From Eledone cirrhosa (Eukaryota), in contig OZ024740.1 in the NCBI GenBank assembly GCA_964016885.1, forward strand, positions 223,324,001 to 223,388,000: DNA of 64,000 bases, read 5' to 3'. The notes under the pieces were generated by a model. It had not been told where the DNA came from. It ran no database searches and saw nothing but the letters and a program-made list of their open reading frames with translations. This document shows, piece after piece, positions 1 to 13,628 of the stretch. The stretch's first letter is position 1. Each line of letters opens with the position of its first letter. A program made the translations under genes and the position numbers.

Positions 1-221
1 ATTCTTACCCATTAATGTTTGCTGTCTTCCTTTGCAAAATGTTTCATGCATATGTGATATGTCCAGACCCTGTTCTTTTTATTCTACCCACCCACCTTCT
101 CTGTAAGAATTCTTATTCATGAAAAGTCTTTTAGTAGTAAACTGGGAACTCTAAACATAATCATTACACTATTTTTCTCTTGATTACAGTGTCATGCATT
201 TATCATTACCAAAGATGCAAA

Positions 222-375
222 CAGGGTTGTGTCATTAAGAAGTTCATTTCATAATCATAGATTATGAAGTTTGATCACATTGCATGGCATCTTGGGCAAG
301 TGTCATTAACCTAGTTCTAAGTCAACCCAACTCTTTTCAAAATGGGTAGACTGAAACTATATGGACGTTCATCAC
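222..375 (+). mobile_element. degraded tRNA/CORE-like SINE (family C)
   Basis: Contains 'ggcatcttgggcaagtgtc...gtagactgaaact'; similar degraded copies at ~4805-4950(-), 11250-11365(+), 24990-25135(-), 32900-33050(-). Confidence 0.45.
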
Positions 376-689
376 ATGGACTGTATCTATAATTCAAAAT
401 GACTGCCTTGCCAAATTGTAAAATTGTGGGGGCTTAAGTGAAAGGTACACATGTCTGTAAAATTACTCAACCACTTTTACATTTATTCCTGAATTAAATG
501 TCCAGGTGATGAAACGACTGAATGCACATCATGGGAAATGAAGTAGTATCCATTATTACTATCATACATTATCCCACATTATTATTTCCACACTTTTTGG
601 GGTGGTGAATTGGTGAAAGTATTGGAGCTGCTTCTTTGTCCACATATTCCTGAGAGGGTCATGGAGGCAGAGTCTTCAAACACTCCTTC

Positions 690-850
690 CTGCAGATCTT
701 GTCAGAAGCAACCATCTCCAACTGATCCAGCTGGATACCCAAGCATGACCAGCCAAGCTTATGGATGTCATCAAACCATCTTGCTCGGGTCTAACCTGGA
801 TTTCCTGCCAGTTGGTTTTGCCCATAAAATCTGTCCTGTGATTCTTTCCT
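690..850 (+). mobile_element. dispersed repeat, probably the 5' region of an RTE-type LINE
   Basis: 'ccaactgatccagctggat...cctgccagttggttttgcc' recurs at ~33345-33455, directly upstream of an RTE endonuclease remnant. Confidence 0.4.
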
Positions 851-2879
851 AAGACATTCTAACTGCATGCTCATAATATCAGAGCTGTGATCTCTCAATT
901 CAGTGAAGTAGCATCTCTGATAATTAGAATATTTGATAACATCTTCTGCATTATTTGTTCTGGTTCTTCATGCCGTGTTCAAATCCTACAAAAGTCAACT
1001 TTGCCTTTGATATGCTTGATAAATTAAAGTACCAATCAAATATTGAATCTATTTAATTAAATTTTCTCTCCCCACAAAAAAAAAGGGACAAAAACAAATT
1101 GCTGACCATGTGCCAAAATCAGAAACCATGCCATTACCACAATATTTCACACATAATCATTATCAACACTTTTATATCTGCAATGCTTTTTCAAAATTCA
1201 TTTACTGAGCATTATTTTCACCACATTACATCCATGTATTTGCCTTCATACAATATATTATTAATTTAAGTTTTATGTCTTTACTATAGCACTAATACTT
1301 CTAAATCATAACATTTTAAAACATGTAATATGATAGCTAGTGTTCAAAACCATCAAATATCTTAATTAAGAAAAATTTCTTAAGAGAAATTATTACTTCT
1401 GTTTTCAATTATTTATTAATTCAAGTGTAATGAGATTTGATAATTTTTCCATTACTGGCTATGAACTGCCATAAAAAGAATTAAAAAGTAGTCCAAAGAA
1501 AAAAAAAGATATTGATTCATACGTGTAAAAAAATATAATTTTAATTAAATTTACAGGAAATATTAATAGTTAATTCTGTTCTCATATAGACATACGGACA
1601 ATTAGATTTTTCTTTATATCTGCATTTTCAAAACAATTTGTACTATGCAAGGAAGAAAGAAAAATGATGATTTTTAATGTATGTAACTGATAAAGTCATC
1701 GCTCTGTTAAAGACTACTTAAACATTTTATTAATGAAGAAGAACATATCAAAGATACGTCAACCATTACAGATAAAAGTCTAAAGATCATGAAATATATT
1801 TCGATATAAATATGTATATTAAGAGTTGATCATTTCCTGAAATAGATATAGAAATATAATAAGTATTATTGATTGAGAAATAGCTTATTCATATCTCCAA
1901 TTCTAGAAAAGAGATTGAGTGGAAATTATTAACAGTTTCTTAAATAAAACTATAATTCCTTTATTTTTTTGTATTTTGTATGTAGAGTAAAAGTTTTGCA
2001 ACTTTTGTCAATCTTTAGTTTGAAATTTTCTTATGAGATAAGAATTTTGAATAGAATGCTTTGAATTGAAATTTTTGTTGGGAAACTATATTTTTCAATT
2101 ATTCATCATTATTATTATTATTTTTCACTTTGATATAGCATTTGATGTGAATTTTGTGTAGATGTATTTATTAAAGATTGCTTACTGTTTAGAACATAAG
2201 CAAAACATCTTAGAAAGATGTTATGATATACATATGTAAAATCAAGAAAAGATAAATACATTATTTAATAACATCTTTCAAAGTAGGTGTTTGTATATTC
2301 CCGTCTAGTGAGCAAAATGACATAACAGATAATATAAAATTATCCTGAAGTTATGGAATTTATCAATCTTTTTCTTGTTATCTTATATATATATATATAT
2401 ATATATATACATAAATAAGGTGTTTAATCAACTAAGGAAAGGACTGCTCATGTGTCTTTCTAGGGCCTCTGAAACTGACGAGAAAAAGAAGGGGACTAAG
2501 TACAAAGGCATCTTTATGCTGGAAATTTAGATGACTGCTTGCAATAGAGAGGAATCTGCTAAAAGCACTCAATGCGGTAGGAGAGGGTTTTAAACTAGGC
2601 CATGTAGGCCACAGCAGGATTTGAACACGGAATGTAAGTGCATAAATCACAAGGAATCTGATCATATGCTCCAAGAAATCTGTTAAACCACCATTCTAAG
2701 GAAGTAAATTATTTTATAGACCCTGAAAAGTTTTAAAGCAAAAATTCAGAACATAAGTTGAAATTCCTTAGATGTATATGAGAAAGGAATTAAGACTAAA
2801 TAATGTTTTGGTCCATGCAGCACATTAATCAGCATTGACAAATCATATGGAATGCATCAAGGCAGTCTGGATGCATTGC

Positions 2880-3830
2880 ACTCCATGTTCCCATCTATTC
2901 ATCTATGTCCATAGATTCTAGTAGTGACCAGAGTAAAGATGGGTATATATTAAGTCAGGTTGTGACAGTTGCTGTTCCTCTACCCATACTACTGGTTGTG
3001 TGTATCCCAGCAGAGTGTTGGGGGCTAGTGAAGCTATTGGTGTTGCAATTATTGCAGTATGCATACATTCCTTATACTTCTCTGAGCAGGATGGAAGAGA
3101 TACTGATTTAAACATATATTTGAAGGCGTGCTCTGGGGTGTTATATATGTTCATGTGTGTTTGAAGGTGGTTTTTCAAGTTGTGACAGGTATTGTGGAAG
3201 ATGAAAAAGGCTACAGTCATGAACTCTACACCTCATATGTCCAGGTTACCTTTCGTTTTTAGTATTTCTATCACACTGTATTACATAAGTGGACTGTGGG
3301 TATGTACAATCTGGTATGATGTCCTGTTGTGTGCACTTTCTAGTTTATTGTGGTTTGTTGGGGAAGATTCATGACCTATTGTTTCTAAAGTATTATTGTC
3401 TTACTAGTGACCAAATATCGTACTTGTGATTACTCTAAGTACGTTTGTATGCTTTGTTTTCCTTCCTATATATTTTATATCTTTCATAAATATTCTGTAG
3501 ATGTGGAAATGTATGTATGTATTTGAGTGAGAAGGATAATTGTATTTGATGTTTTCTAGAGTTGCTTATAAGTGAAACAATACATTTCGTAGGAGCTACT
3601 TTAAGTCTGTTGCTGAGAAGCCAGGTTTTTTTGCAGTTTAAATACAATTGGAGTAGTTGTGAAAAAGAGACAAACAATCGTGGAAAGATGGAAGTATGAT
3701 GTCATCGATGCACGAAGCTCTCCATATGTTTTGTAGAAGTATTGATAAGTTGTATTGGATGAAAAGAGCAAATAGAGAGAATTGATACCTCTGGTGCTCC
3801 AACTAAGAAATTACAGATTCTTAAAGTGAT
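2880..3830 (-). mobile_element. highly degraded Penelope-like RT/endonuclease remnant
   Basis: Minus-strand fragments IWRASCIDDII (W-x-R-YIDD-like) at ~3700-3730 and IYRKENK (VYRK-like) at ~3450-3475; many stops. Confidence 0.35.
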
Positions 3831-5739
3831 GTTCTAGTCATGATTCTTGTGCCATTTTTCCTAGCATATTCAATTTTTTGCTAATATATCCTGTAAGAGG
3901 TGAATAGAGGGATTGTTGCTAGGAAGAGCATCTGGCTTTAAAACATTGCCAGAAAAAATATATCATGAACAGTATGAAATCTGGTATGGGATACTTAAGA
4001 TTAATGTTTGTTTTTGCAAATAAAATGGCCTTAGAATGCTTGCATTTCTTGGTTTATTCTGTATATTTAACCATTTTATAAGTAGAGTAGTATATCATGA
4101 AGATTTTGCATTACTATTTTGCAGGTAGAAGCTTCCCAATTAGTTTAGTCACATGCTCATCAATACAAAATTAGTTTAATTTAGTGACATACTAAACGCA
4201 AAATCACAAGCTAGCTAACAGTACACACATTTTCAGAAAACTAATGTAATATATGTATGATTTAAATACAAATATTTTAAACTTTATGGCTCAAACATTG
4301 GATACACAAGTTTGATACTTTTTCATCAGTTGACCATGCATTTACAAGGAAGATTTGCCACACATTGTAACAGAATACACACAACAAAATTAGGTAGGAA
4401 AATCATTAGTTAATAATACTATAATTCCATATAGAATCCCACATAAGGTGAGAAGAGTAACTATGGGAGCAGTGCTGATATCAAAATATAGTTTAAAAAG
4501 TCAAAACACTCATACAGAATACATAAAGCTAATTATGAAAGCTATTAGAATCTAGAATGATTTTAAAATCTAGTGATGAATTTCAAAGTATTCCTATAAT
4601 AATCTGTAAAGAATGCAAACAGCATGTTATTGTGGCAATCATTCTTATTCTGCAGATAAGTCTCTGAGGGTCTCAAAAGATGATAGATTAGTTGATTTAG
4701 AAATGCTATTCTTCTAAACAAATCAAATAAAAATTAATATTCCTTAATTAAAAAAGTCAAACTTGAACAATCATGGTGCAGCAACACATGTGCAGGAATA
4801 GTGCAGCTTTCACAGTTTCCATTTACCAAAGTCTACTCACTCAAAATTGCCCAATCAGAGGCAATGGTTGAAGATCCAAGGATCTGCACAATTGGATGAA
4901 ACCTGGAACCATATAACTGGGAAGCAACATTTTCTTCAGACAAAAGTACCATATTACTGTTTAAACTGCTAAACCTTTCATGAGCATTTATGAAATAAAT
5001 TATTTCATTTAATTAATGAAGGATTTTGTGATAATTATTATTATTATTTATTCCATTACTAAAATAGTAACGTTATATTTGCTTCTTATATAAAATTATG
5101 TTGGAAGATTTTAAATTTAAATAGGAACCATATAAAATGTGTGTTTTTCTTTTATAAGACCAGAGCGGGTTTTGGGTAGGCTGGTAATGAAAGGTTAACA
5201 TGTCAATATACTACTACACACATGATGTATGGCTTGATATTGAAAATGTCCATGACAACTAAAAACATAGATTTTTGGTATTCTGCATAAATAAAATGAA
5301 GAAAAAAAAACAAACTAGATAACAAGCTGATAAAACTCCATTGGTAGTTTCAGTTGCTTTTAACCAAAGATGAAAAAAAAAAAAGAAAATCACAAGTATC
5401 GTGAAACAAACATAACTTCTCTAAAGAATGCCTTTGGCAATATAATTGAATTTCTGGAAAAAATAGTCACAAAAAAGGGGAAATTGTGCAATAGAATAGA
5501 AAAATATGGTATCAGTTTGTTTTTATTGGTCTCAATGCTTCTGTGTTTGAGTATATTTCATCAACAAATCAATTTTGTTTTGAAAAAGAATAAGTGATCA
5601 AGCTAGGGGGCATCTAAATAACTTTACAGAGCTTGAAAATAGTGGAGAAAAAGCAATCATTGAGAACATAAAAATATAAGAAAATATGTTTTTTTAAATA
5701 TTCTCAATATTCAAAGAAAAATCTTTGCTATAATCACGA

Positions 5740-6030
5740 TCATCATCATTATCATCATGATCATCATGATTTCTACATAAGGTTTTCCAGTTTTGCAAGG
5801 GTTGGATGAGTTCTCACCAGTATGACATCCTTCATTTGTCTTTTCTTTTTGTCATCTCACCTGTGAGTTTCAGCATCCTGTCTTCTTTGGTCTTTTTCTT
5901 TCATGGCTTCCTTCTACTTTGAACTCATTGTATTTCTTCACTCAACGACCATCATTCATACATATTATGCAACCTCCTCTCTTGTACACTGCAATTTATT
6001 CCTTTTATACTCAGTGTATCTCTCAATTCC
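5740..6030 (-). mobile_element. RTE LINE 3' fragment
   Basis: Reverse complement resembles the 3' coding end and (GAT)n tail of the RTE copy at 18200-19860. Confidence 0.55.
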
Positions 6031-7394
6031 AATTATATAAAATTGTCAGTATGAATTGTATAGTGTGTGGCAGTTTGTTTTATAGCTGTCTGATGTTTTC
6101 TGAAGAGATATATGAGAATTAGGGAAAGAAAAATGTTTTAGTAAAAATGTCTATTTTTGTTAAATAGAAATTAGATGCAAAAATGAAACAAAAGGAATAA
6201 TTTTGACAAAGTGTCTTGTATAAGGTCAGAAGAAATTTGAATAATGAATTGTAAGTATTTAAGAGATTATTCTTCTATTTTGAAAGATAAAACATTTTTT
6301 TTTTTTTTTATACAGATTTATATCATTTGTTTAACATTCTATTTCAAAAACCTCAAGTTTCAAATATCGATTAAATTTTTTTAGTAATTCTCACTTATTA
6401 ACACATAAAACTTTCTGTTTAAGTTGTCAGGTATGTATATAATTTGGTCTGTGAAACAACATTCAAATAGCAGTTGCTGTTTAATTCCAGATTAATGCTG
6501 GTCAAGCACATCTTTGATGAAAGGAAGTTTTTTTAGAAGTATGTGAGTTTACATTATTCAATGTCTTCTGTCTTTAGATAAGACAGTAAAGTTAAATGAA
6601 GATTTCACTGCTGTATCTAGGAGCTTCAGAAACGATGTATAGATTCATATGTTGTTAGTTCTAGTGGTTGGCATAAGAAAGAGCATCGAACTGTAGAAAC
6701 TAAGTCAGATATACAATATATGAGCAAGACGTGGTTCTCAGCATGGAAAACAGACTTTAACTGATGATGATGATGAAGCAGTGGAATGGATGTATAATTC
6801 AGCAGGCTTACTGGTGTGATCAAGTGGTATTGAAAGAAACAATATTATTCCTTGGTTTGCTAATCATGGAAAACGTGCAACTAAAACACTGTAAGTCACA
6901 AGAAATATTAAACTTGAAAATCTCACATGATCTTCCCTAGTGATCACATTCATAACCTAACACAAAGTATACTTTCCATGAAAAACTGCTTCTATGTCAA
7001 GACACCACCACATTTACAAATAAAACATTCTAGATCACATCCAAATGAAAAACTATCCAATTGATTGGCAAGGGCTCATTCACTGACAAGCTCAGTTCTA
7101 AATCACATTCATACACAACATATTTTGTTATGTAATCTGCAACACAATTTGCAGATTACATAACCAAATATGTTGATGAAAGTTCTTGCTTGAATTGTAT
7201 GTATGTATGGTCCTGTAGAGCCTAAGGGAATTGTAGGGTCACCGTATTGAAATATAGTATTTCTAAGCAATTTTTAAGCTCGGCAGAGCCCATCTCCTCT
7301 CGAGGTTTGAATACAACAGCTTTCCTCCAAAGAAAGAAATAAAGAGTGACAGAAAGAAAGTGAGAAAGAGTTATATAGGAAAAATTGATCTCAG

Positions 7395-7505
7395 TACTAG
7401 ACTGGTACCTTGGAAGAATGAAAGGCAAAGTTGACATTAGTAGGATGTGAACTCAGAGAGCATTTTATCCGACATTGTAACGACTCTACCCATTTGCTGC
7501 CTATT
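7395..7505 (-). mobile_element. degraded SINE family A
   Basis: 'actggtac...gaatgaaaggcaaagttgac...gaactcaga' matches the reverse complement of 8304-8494. Confidence 0.55.
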
Positions 7506-7952
7506 ATAATGAAATATATGAAACAAATAAATCACTAATAATAGTTTTTATTAGCTGTTTTCTTTTGTTTTTATAGTGAAAAAAAATGAAAAATGATACA
7601 TTTGTTTCTATACTTTCAAATCAGGGCTAATCATATATACTAAAGATTCTCATGAATAAGTTACACCATTTTTCATGAAAAAAATGAAATCTAAACCAAA
7701 CATGTCACTTATCTACTTGGTCTACAAAACTTCACTTCAAAATATATGGTACATTGTAAAAGGTAACACAATCAGGAAAGGAGAAAGTAAAACAAGAATC
7801 TGAAATAAGGGTACCCTGGAAATATTCATTAGCCTCATATATTTCAGATGTACCATCTATTGTCTTAAGTTCCAAGCAAGCTACAACATCATATATAAAT
7901 GCGTGTCTTCTTCTCACTCTCTAGCTTTCTTGTTCTTTTATTTCTCATTCTA

Positions 7953-8040
7953 TTTTCTGATGAAGGATTAATTCGAAATATTAAGACTTTTCTTTGTCAA
8001 ATGTTAAACTAATATATTTCTTCATTTTACTGTAGTGTTT
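7953..8040 (+). mobile_element. Penelope pLTR-like repeat with degraded minimal hammerhead motif
   Basis: ctgatga-a-gga-ttaa-ttc-gaaa-tatt-aaga; this motif and its downstream sequence are homologous to the minus-strand copy at 11440-11527. Confidence 0.4.
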
Positions 8041-8065
8041 ACTTTGTTGTTTTCATTTAGGTTTT

Positions 8066-8106
<41 letters not shown>

Positions 8107-8303
8107 CACATGCAATGAATAAGGGAGACGGTTTTATTCGTCCATCTTTTTATTACTTAATTCTATTAAACGTATTTTAAAGATTTCAGAGTATTTACAT
8201 GATAACCCCTGCCATATTCTCATCAGATAGTGTAAGCTGCATTGTCCTATTTTTTGATAAGTCACTTGTTTCTTGTAGTGCTTACATTATTGATCAACCA
8301 ACT

Positions 8304-8494
8304 GGGTGGTGGATTGGCAGTATCGGTAGAGGGTCGGACGTCATGCTTTCCAGCATAGTTACGTCCCTTTACGATCTGAGTTCAAATCCCGCCGAGGTTG
8401 ACTTTGCCTTTCATCCTTACGGGGTAGATAAAATAAAGTACCAGTAATGCACTGGGTAATTGCTGGCCTTGTGCCTAAAGTAGAAACAATTATT
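8304..8494 (+). mobile_element. full-length tRNA-derived SINE family A with 18-bp TSD
   Basis: A-box-like tggcagtatcggtag, B-box gagttcaaatcc, central 'gactttgcctttcatccttacggggt..ataaaataaagtaccag' domain, (ATT) tail; TSD attattgatcaaccaact at 8286-8303 and 8489-8506. Confidence 0.9.
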
Positions 8495-11491
8495 GATCAA
8501 CCAACTTTTATCAACTGAATAATATATATATATGGGTGCGTGTGTGTGTGTGTTCAGAAGAGATTGTTTTATTAAAAACAGGAGTAAGCAGAAGAAAGCT
8601 CTGAATAATCGTAGTTTTTAGTTATGATGGACATTTTTTATAAAAATAACAAAATAAGATGTATAACGTTTAATCATTATAATTATTTCCCCGGTTCCCC
8701 ATGCAATCGAGATGTCCTTCATGCATTTGTTGTTGCTATGAGAACGGTATCCTCAGATGATAACCGATATGTTTGATACGCCACCGACAGGAAAATACAC
8801 ACATCCTATTACTTGTGTGCCCAGCAGACATATGAGTTCCTTAAGTGTCTCTCAGCCATCGCGTTTTGCTATAGAAAATGCTATCAACAAAAAAAAAAAC
8901 CGATAAAACTGTGTGTAGCCAAAGTCCAGTAGACAGTGGAAGCAATAAATGGAGCTCTGAGGGAGGGTGGGGTATATATTTTGTTGACAACCACCTTAAG
9001 ACAACGATGACAACAACAGCTACAACGATGACAACAACAGCGACAATAACAGCAAAACACCGACCACATCAGTCGTAGTGATATTACTACCCTTCTGACA
9101 ACAATGAAAGCAACAGCTACAACAACAACAGCATCGTGTACATAAGCCGTAGCAATCGTAGTAACGGTATTACCCCGCCCACAATAACAACGATAACAGT
9201 CGCCACAGCAATAAACGGAGCTCTGAGGTAGGTTGATACACAGACTTGATGGCATCCATCACCAAGACCATATCAACAACAACAATAGTAACGGTAACAA
9301 ACACCAACACCACATATCCCTTACCCCGGTCGTCGTCGTAGTGGTGGTATCATTGATATTAGTATCAAGTCAATGGTAGTGTGTACCCATTACCATGTAA
9401 CCACAGCATCTTATTTTGTTATTTATATATTTATATATATATATACACTGTATACACCTATGGATATATTGCAGTCATATGAAAATAATTTAAGACTAGA
9501 TATACGGGCAACTACATCTCATACCATACATACAATATTTTACTGTTACATTCAAAATTTAGAGCACTTATATATTTTTTAATTACCTACCATTTCAATT
9601 GATATGCAAGTATATATTGCATAAGGCTTTCCTAATAATTTTGTATTTCAACTGTATTCAATATAATCTTTCATAATTATGTGACTATATAGAGATATTC
9701 CAGAACATTTCTATAAAGAATTCTATGCTAATCTTAATGTTAGAATAGCAATTATTTTGTTATATTTTAAGAATGTAAGAAATTAAGAAGCCGAAACGTT
9801 TTCAATACACACCAATTTACCAACATTAAAATTTCATTCGTTAAAGGTTTCAACAACTTAAAAATGTTTTTAAAAGTTATTTTCAAGTTCAGTATTGAAT
9901 TATTAATGACAAAAATCTACAATGATATTTAGTTTTATAAATACCATTGTCTCTTTTCCAAATATTGAAAATTTCTAACTCATTGTAAGACAGAAATATA
10001 TTAAATTAAGAAAATTTTCCTTAGAATAATATTATATTTCTGCAGTTCTGGCTAATTAGAAAATATTGACTTGGCAAACACTACACTTTATTGAAAATTT
10101 ACAACTAACAATATAAAATTTATGAGAAGTAAGAGAAGTGCTACTCTTGTTTTTTTTTACTTTATTTTATTCCACTTTATCTAAAACACAATTATTTCTT
10201 TCTAGTTTCTACCTTGATGTTTTTTTTATTTCAACAGTAAATATTAGCCATTGCTCGTTGCAAAAAACTATGGCTCCATATCAACTTTAAATTTATCAGT
10301 TCAATTTACTAAATTATTTCTAATATTTTTACTACGATTGTTTAAAAATTTTTTTTTTTTTCTGTTTTATATTTATGTTTATCAATGCAGAGGCTCGACA
10401 AATGTATAAATCTATATATTTTAAGGATCACACAGGTGGTTACTCTTCTAAGCATTATGTGAACCTATATTCCTATAACATGATATTACCGTTAGCACTT
10501 AACATCTGGTATTAATTCAAATATATATATAGTATCTTTACTCATGGAATGATCATTGTGAACATTTTCAGTATTAGAGTAAAGGTTTAACTTTTAATGT
10601 GGTGCTGTAAGAATGTTGTTTTATACTTTTCAAGAATTTCTTGCTTATGTAATTTTATGTGATATAGGAGGTTAAGAGTTACACAGGTTTTAAAATGATG
10701 TTACTCAGTTGCTTTACATTTGAAAATGTGAACAGCGTATGTTTGTCATTTTTGGCAATGAGAAGATAAGGTAATGATATTCTTAATCAGAGCTGATATA
10801 AACTACATTGGTGGTCCTTGGAACACAGGGGCTTCATTTACCCAGGTCTTCCTGAATCAGGAAAGTTAAGACTAATACATCTGAAAGACAAACAAGTACA
10901 GGCCTTGCCTAGAAAGTCTGCAATTTTAAACACAAAAGCCTTAATGGGTCTCTGCTATGTTTATAGGTTTAATGATTGGCCTTTGACTCCATGAGCTCAT
11001 CTGCCCTTGTAGGCAGATATTGTTTTTCTCCTGTGTGGGTGTCTATCCCTCACACATACCAGGGCAATATCATAAGGTATCAATACCAGCTTAATAATCA
11101 ATAGCCTAACCATGAAATACATAGCTCTGGTTTACATGATTATTCGTAGGGGATCATTTGTTTTTATCTGATCTGGCATACTGTTGTAAATGAAAGCATA
11201 TCAAAACAATATTTCTAATTTAGTGTTTTACTATTTATTGAGTCTAGTAGAAGATTGGATAGTTTGCTTATATTCAAAAACATGCTCTCATTGTGTGGCA
11301 TTTTTGGCAAGTATTTTCTATTATAGCCTTGGGTTGACCAATGTCATGTGAGTGGAAGTCGCAGTCACCTATGGCATGAATAAATAAATAAATATATATA
11401 TATGTATGTAAAGGGTGAACAGAAATAACACAATCGGTACAGTATATGGAAGAGATATATTAGGTTAACGCTTGATATAGCAGGAAGAGGG

Positions 11492-11527
11492 TCTTAACAT
11501 TTCGGACGCAAGTCCTTCATCAGAAGA
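11492..11527 (-). ncRNA. candidate minimal type I hammerhead ribozyme in a Penelope pLTR-like repeat
   Basis: Minus strand reads UCUU-CUGAUGA-A-GGAC-UUGC-GUCC-GAAA-UG-UU-AAGA: stem I UCUU/AAGA, perfect 4-bp stem II, canonical core boxes. Confidence 0.5.
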
Positions 11528-11976
11528 AAGAATGAAAAATAAGATAGATTGAGGGGACAGGTGGGATGGAATTAGAAAACATGTCTTTAGATAAATAAAA
11601 AAACAGGTCCATTCATGTTGACATCTCTTGCAAAACTGTTGGTGCTGACGTTTTGTGCATCATTTATTTTTTAGAATAGTGGATGATGGAGCGTGTCTAC
11701 CTGAAATGGAAAAATAAAACCTTTTGTAAAAAGAGCTATACTTGTGCACGTGCATAACCATGTTTTTTTTCGTGTGTGTGTGTGTATGTGTGTGTGCGTT
11801 ATTATACTCCCTATGAAGCTAAGAAGAAATGTGTGTGTATATGTGAGTAACGAGTGTGTGTGTGCATGTAATCACAAAGATATGAGCAAAAGTATGTTAA
11901 TATAAGGGTGTGTATGTGTGTATATAGAGCAGTAAAGTGAGCATATATAGTTGGCATGTATTAGTTGTAAGAGAAA

Positions 11977-12462
11977 TACTAGCTGAGGTACCCGGTAATA
12001 CCCGGGAGTGGGGTATTCCCAGTTCTCATTAAAATACCCAATGCCTCTCAGACCAAAAATGAAATCAAAATATAGGACAGATAATTAAAAGAGAAGACAA
12101 ATTCATTTCCGAAACAATAATACAAACAAATATTGTTGATTGCATTGGTCAGGCGAAAAAATGTTTGTCAGAGAAGTTGAGTGATGCTATAAGGAAAAAA
12201 ATAGAACCCCCATTAGAGGGTTTCATTGCTGAAATTGTGTGAATAGGCATCATATTTTGTCATTTAGTTATGGTTTAAATTTCATATAAATCGAAGGGAA
12301 AACATTTTCAGCAGGGGTTTTGTGCCCCCGGCGAACCCTTTGATTAAAATGAAATATACGTAAGATATCAAAGTGGGATGAGCCCCAAACACGTGTCAAG
12401 TTTCATCAAGATCGGTTCGGTAGTTTTTGAGTTTTAGGTTCACAAACAAACAGACAGAAATT
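11977..12462 (+). mobile_element. non-autonomous Helitron-like relic (Lep1-like), 3' truncated
   Basis: 5' 'tactagctg..acccgg..tacccggg' subterminal hairpin and 3' 'aagtttcatcaagatcggttcggtagtttttgagtt..caaacaaacagacaga' are the hallmark motifs I recall for Lep1-type Helitrons; canonical 3' terminus not seen. Confidence 0.55.
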
Positions 12463-12757
12463 GCCATGACAGCTGAGCATGGGGACCCTGGCCTGACAGT
12501 GCTGCATCTTCTTCAGGACTGACCCCTCAGACGTTCTCATGGTGGCCTGGATGCAGTCCATGATAGTAAAAATTATGCTTTCGTCTGGCTTACTTATCTC
12601 AATCAATCTGTCTCTCTAATCATTGTGCATATGTCATACAAGAAGAACTATATCACTTGTCTAGAGTGTTTACAATCAAATTAAAACCTCCTCCACCAAA
12701 ATCTCATTAGACAAACGATATCATGAAATTTCTGTTAGTTATTACGAATATAATATA

Positions 12758-13097
12758 TCATCATCATCATCATTTTACGTCCACTTTTCCCTGCTTGCAA
12801 GGGTGGCACGGGAACTGATTCTGGCTTGATTTCTACAGCTGGATGCCCTTCCTAACACCAACCTCATTTACAGTGAGTGCTGGGTGCTTTTTTGTCATGG
12901 CACCTCCACGACCACTTTGCAGTGGAATGATATGGACCCCAGTCCCTATCATCTCATTTCTACAGCTGAGTAAACTGGAGCAATGTGAAATAAAGTGTCT
13001 TGCTCAAGGAAACAACACATCACTCGGTCTGAGAATTGAACTCACAACCTTTCGACTGCAAGGCCAATGCTCTAACCACTAAGCCATGTGCCTCCTA
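12758..13097 (-). mobile_element. full-length SINE family B (tRNA head, CORE-like centre, RTE-derived tail)
   Basis: Minus strand: tggcttagtggttag A-box, gagttcaattc B-box, tccttgagcaagacact CORE-like motif, ggtgttaggaagggcatccagctgtagaaa and (GAT)n tail shared with the RTE 3' end at 19700-19860. Confidence 0.85.
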
Positions 13098-13448
13098 TAT
13101 ATCAATATATAAATGTGCCTCCTTATATCGATATATAAATTTACTAAGCTCCTCTCCACAAGAAAAGTTAATTGTATTGAAAAGAAATTGAAACATGTAG
13201 GCTGTCTACACATTACAAATACAGTCATGAAAATATTAAGTAAATTTTAAAAATTATATTTCCTTCCAAAGTTTGAAATAAAAACTTTTTCTCTATGGGT
13301 ACAGTAATCTCAACATTTTGGCTACCACATAAATAATTCTATCCTTTTAATTGAAATGGCTTAATCAATCTGTTTTATAACAATGAATTTAAACTGAACT
13401 GAAAAGATATAGGGCACCATCCGATTATAATGACTAACCATATAATAT

Positions 13449-13628
13449 ATAATTGTTTCTAGTTTTGGCACAAGGCCAGTAATTAACCAGTGTATTACTG
13501 GTACTTTATTTTATCAACCCCATAAGGATGAAAGGCAAAGTTAACCTCGGCGGGATTTGAACTCAGAATGGCATGACGTCAAAGCATGGCGTCCGACCCT
13601 CTACCGTTACTGCCAATCCACCGCCCTT
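13449..13628 (-). mobile_element. SINE family A with 16-bp TSD
   Basis: Reverse complement of 8304-8494; TSD ccatataatatataat at 13438-13453 and 13630-13645. Confidence 0.9.

Noticed and set aside
8304-8392. tRNA gene (A and B boxes)
   Set aside because: No full cloverleaf; it is the head of a multi-copy SINE with a TSD.
8878-9255. Thr-rich and Cys/Val-rich ORFs on opposite strands
   Set aside because: Products of (ACA)n-type triplet repeats.
10391-10515. Possible plus-strand exon (ARQMYKSIYFKDHTGG..)
   Set aside because: Several alternative splice sites and frames, no homology; similar weak candidates at ~25750-25865, ~31200 and ~62540 were also dropped.
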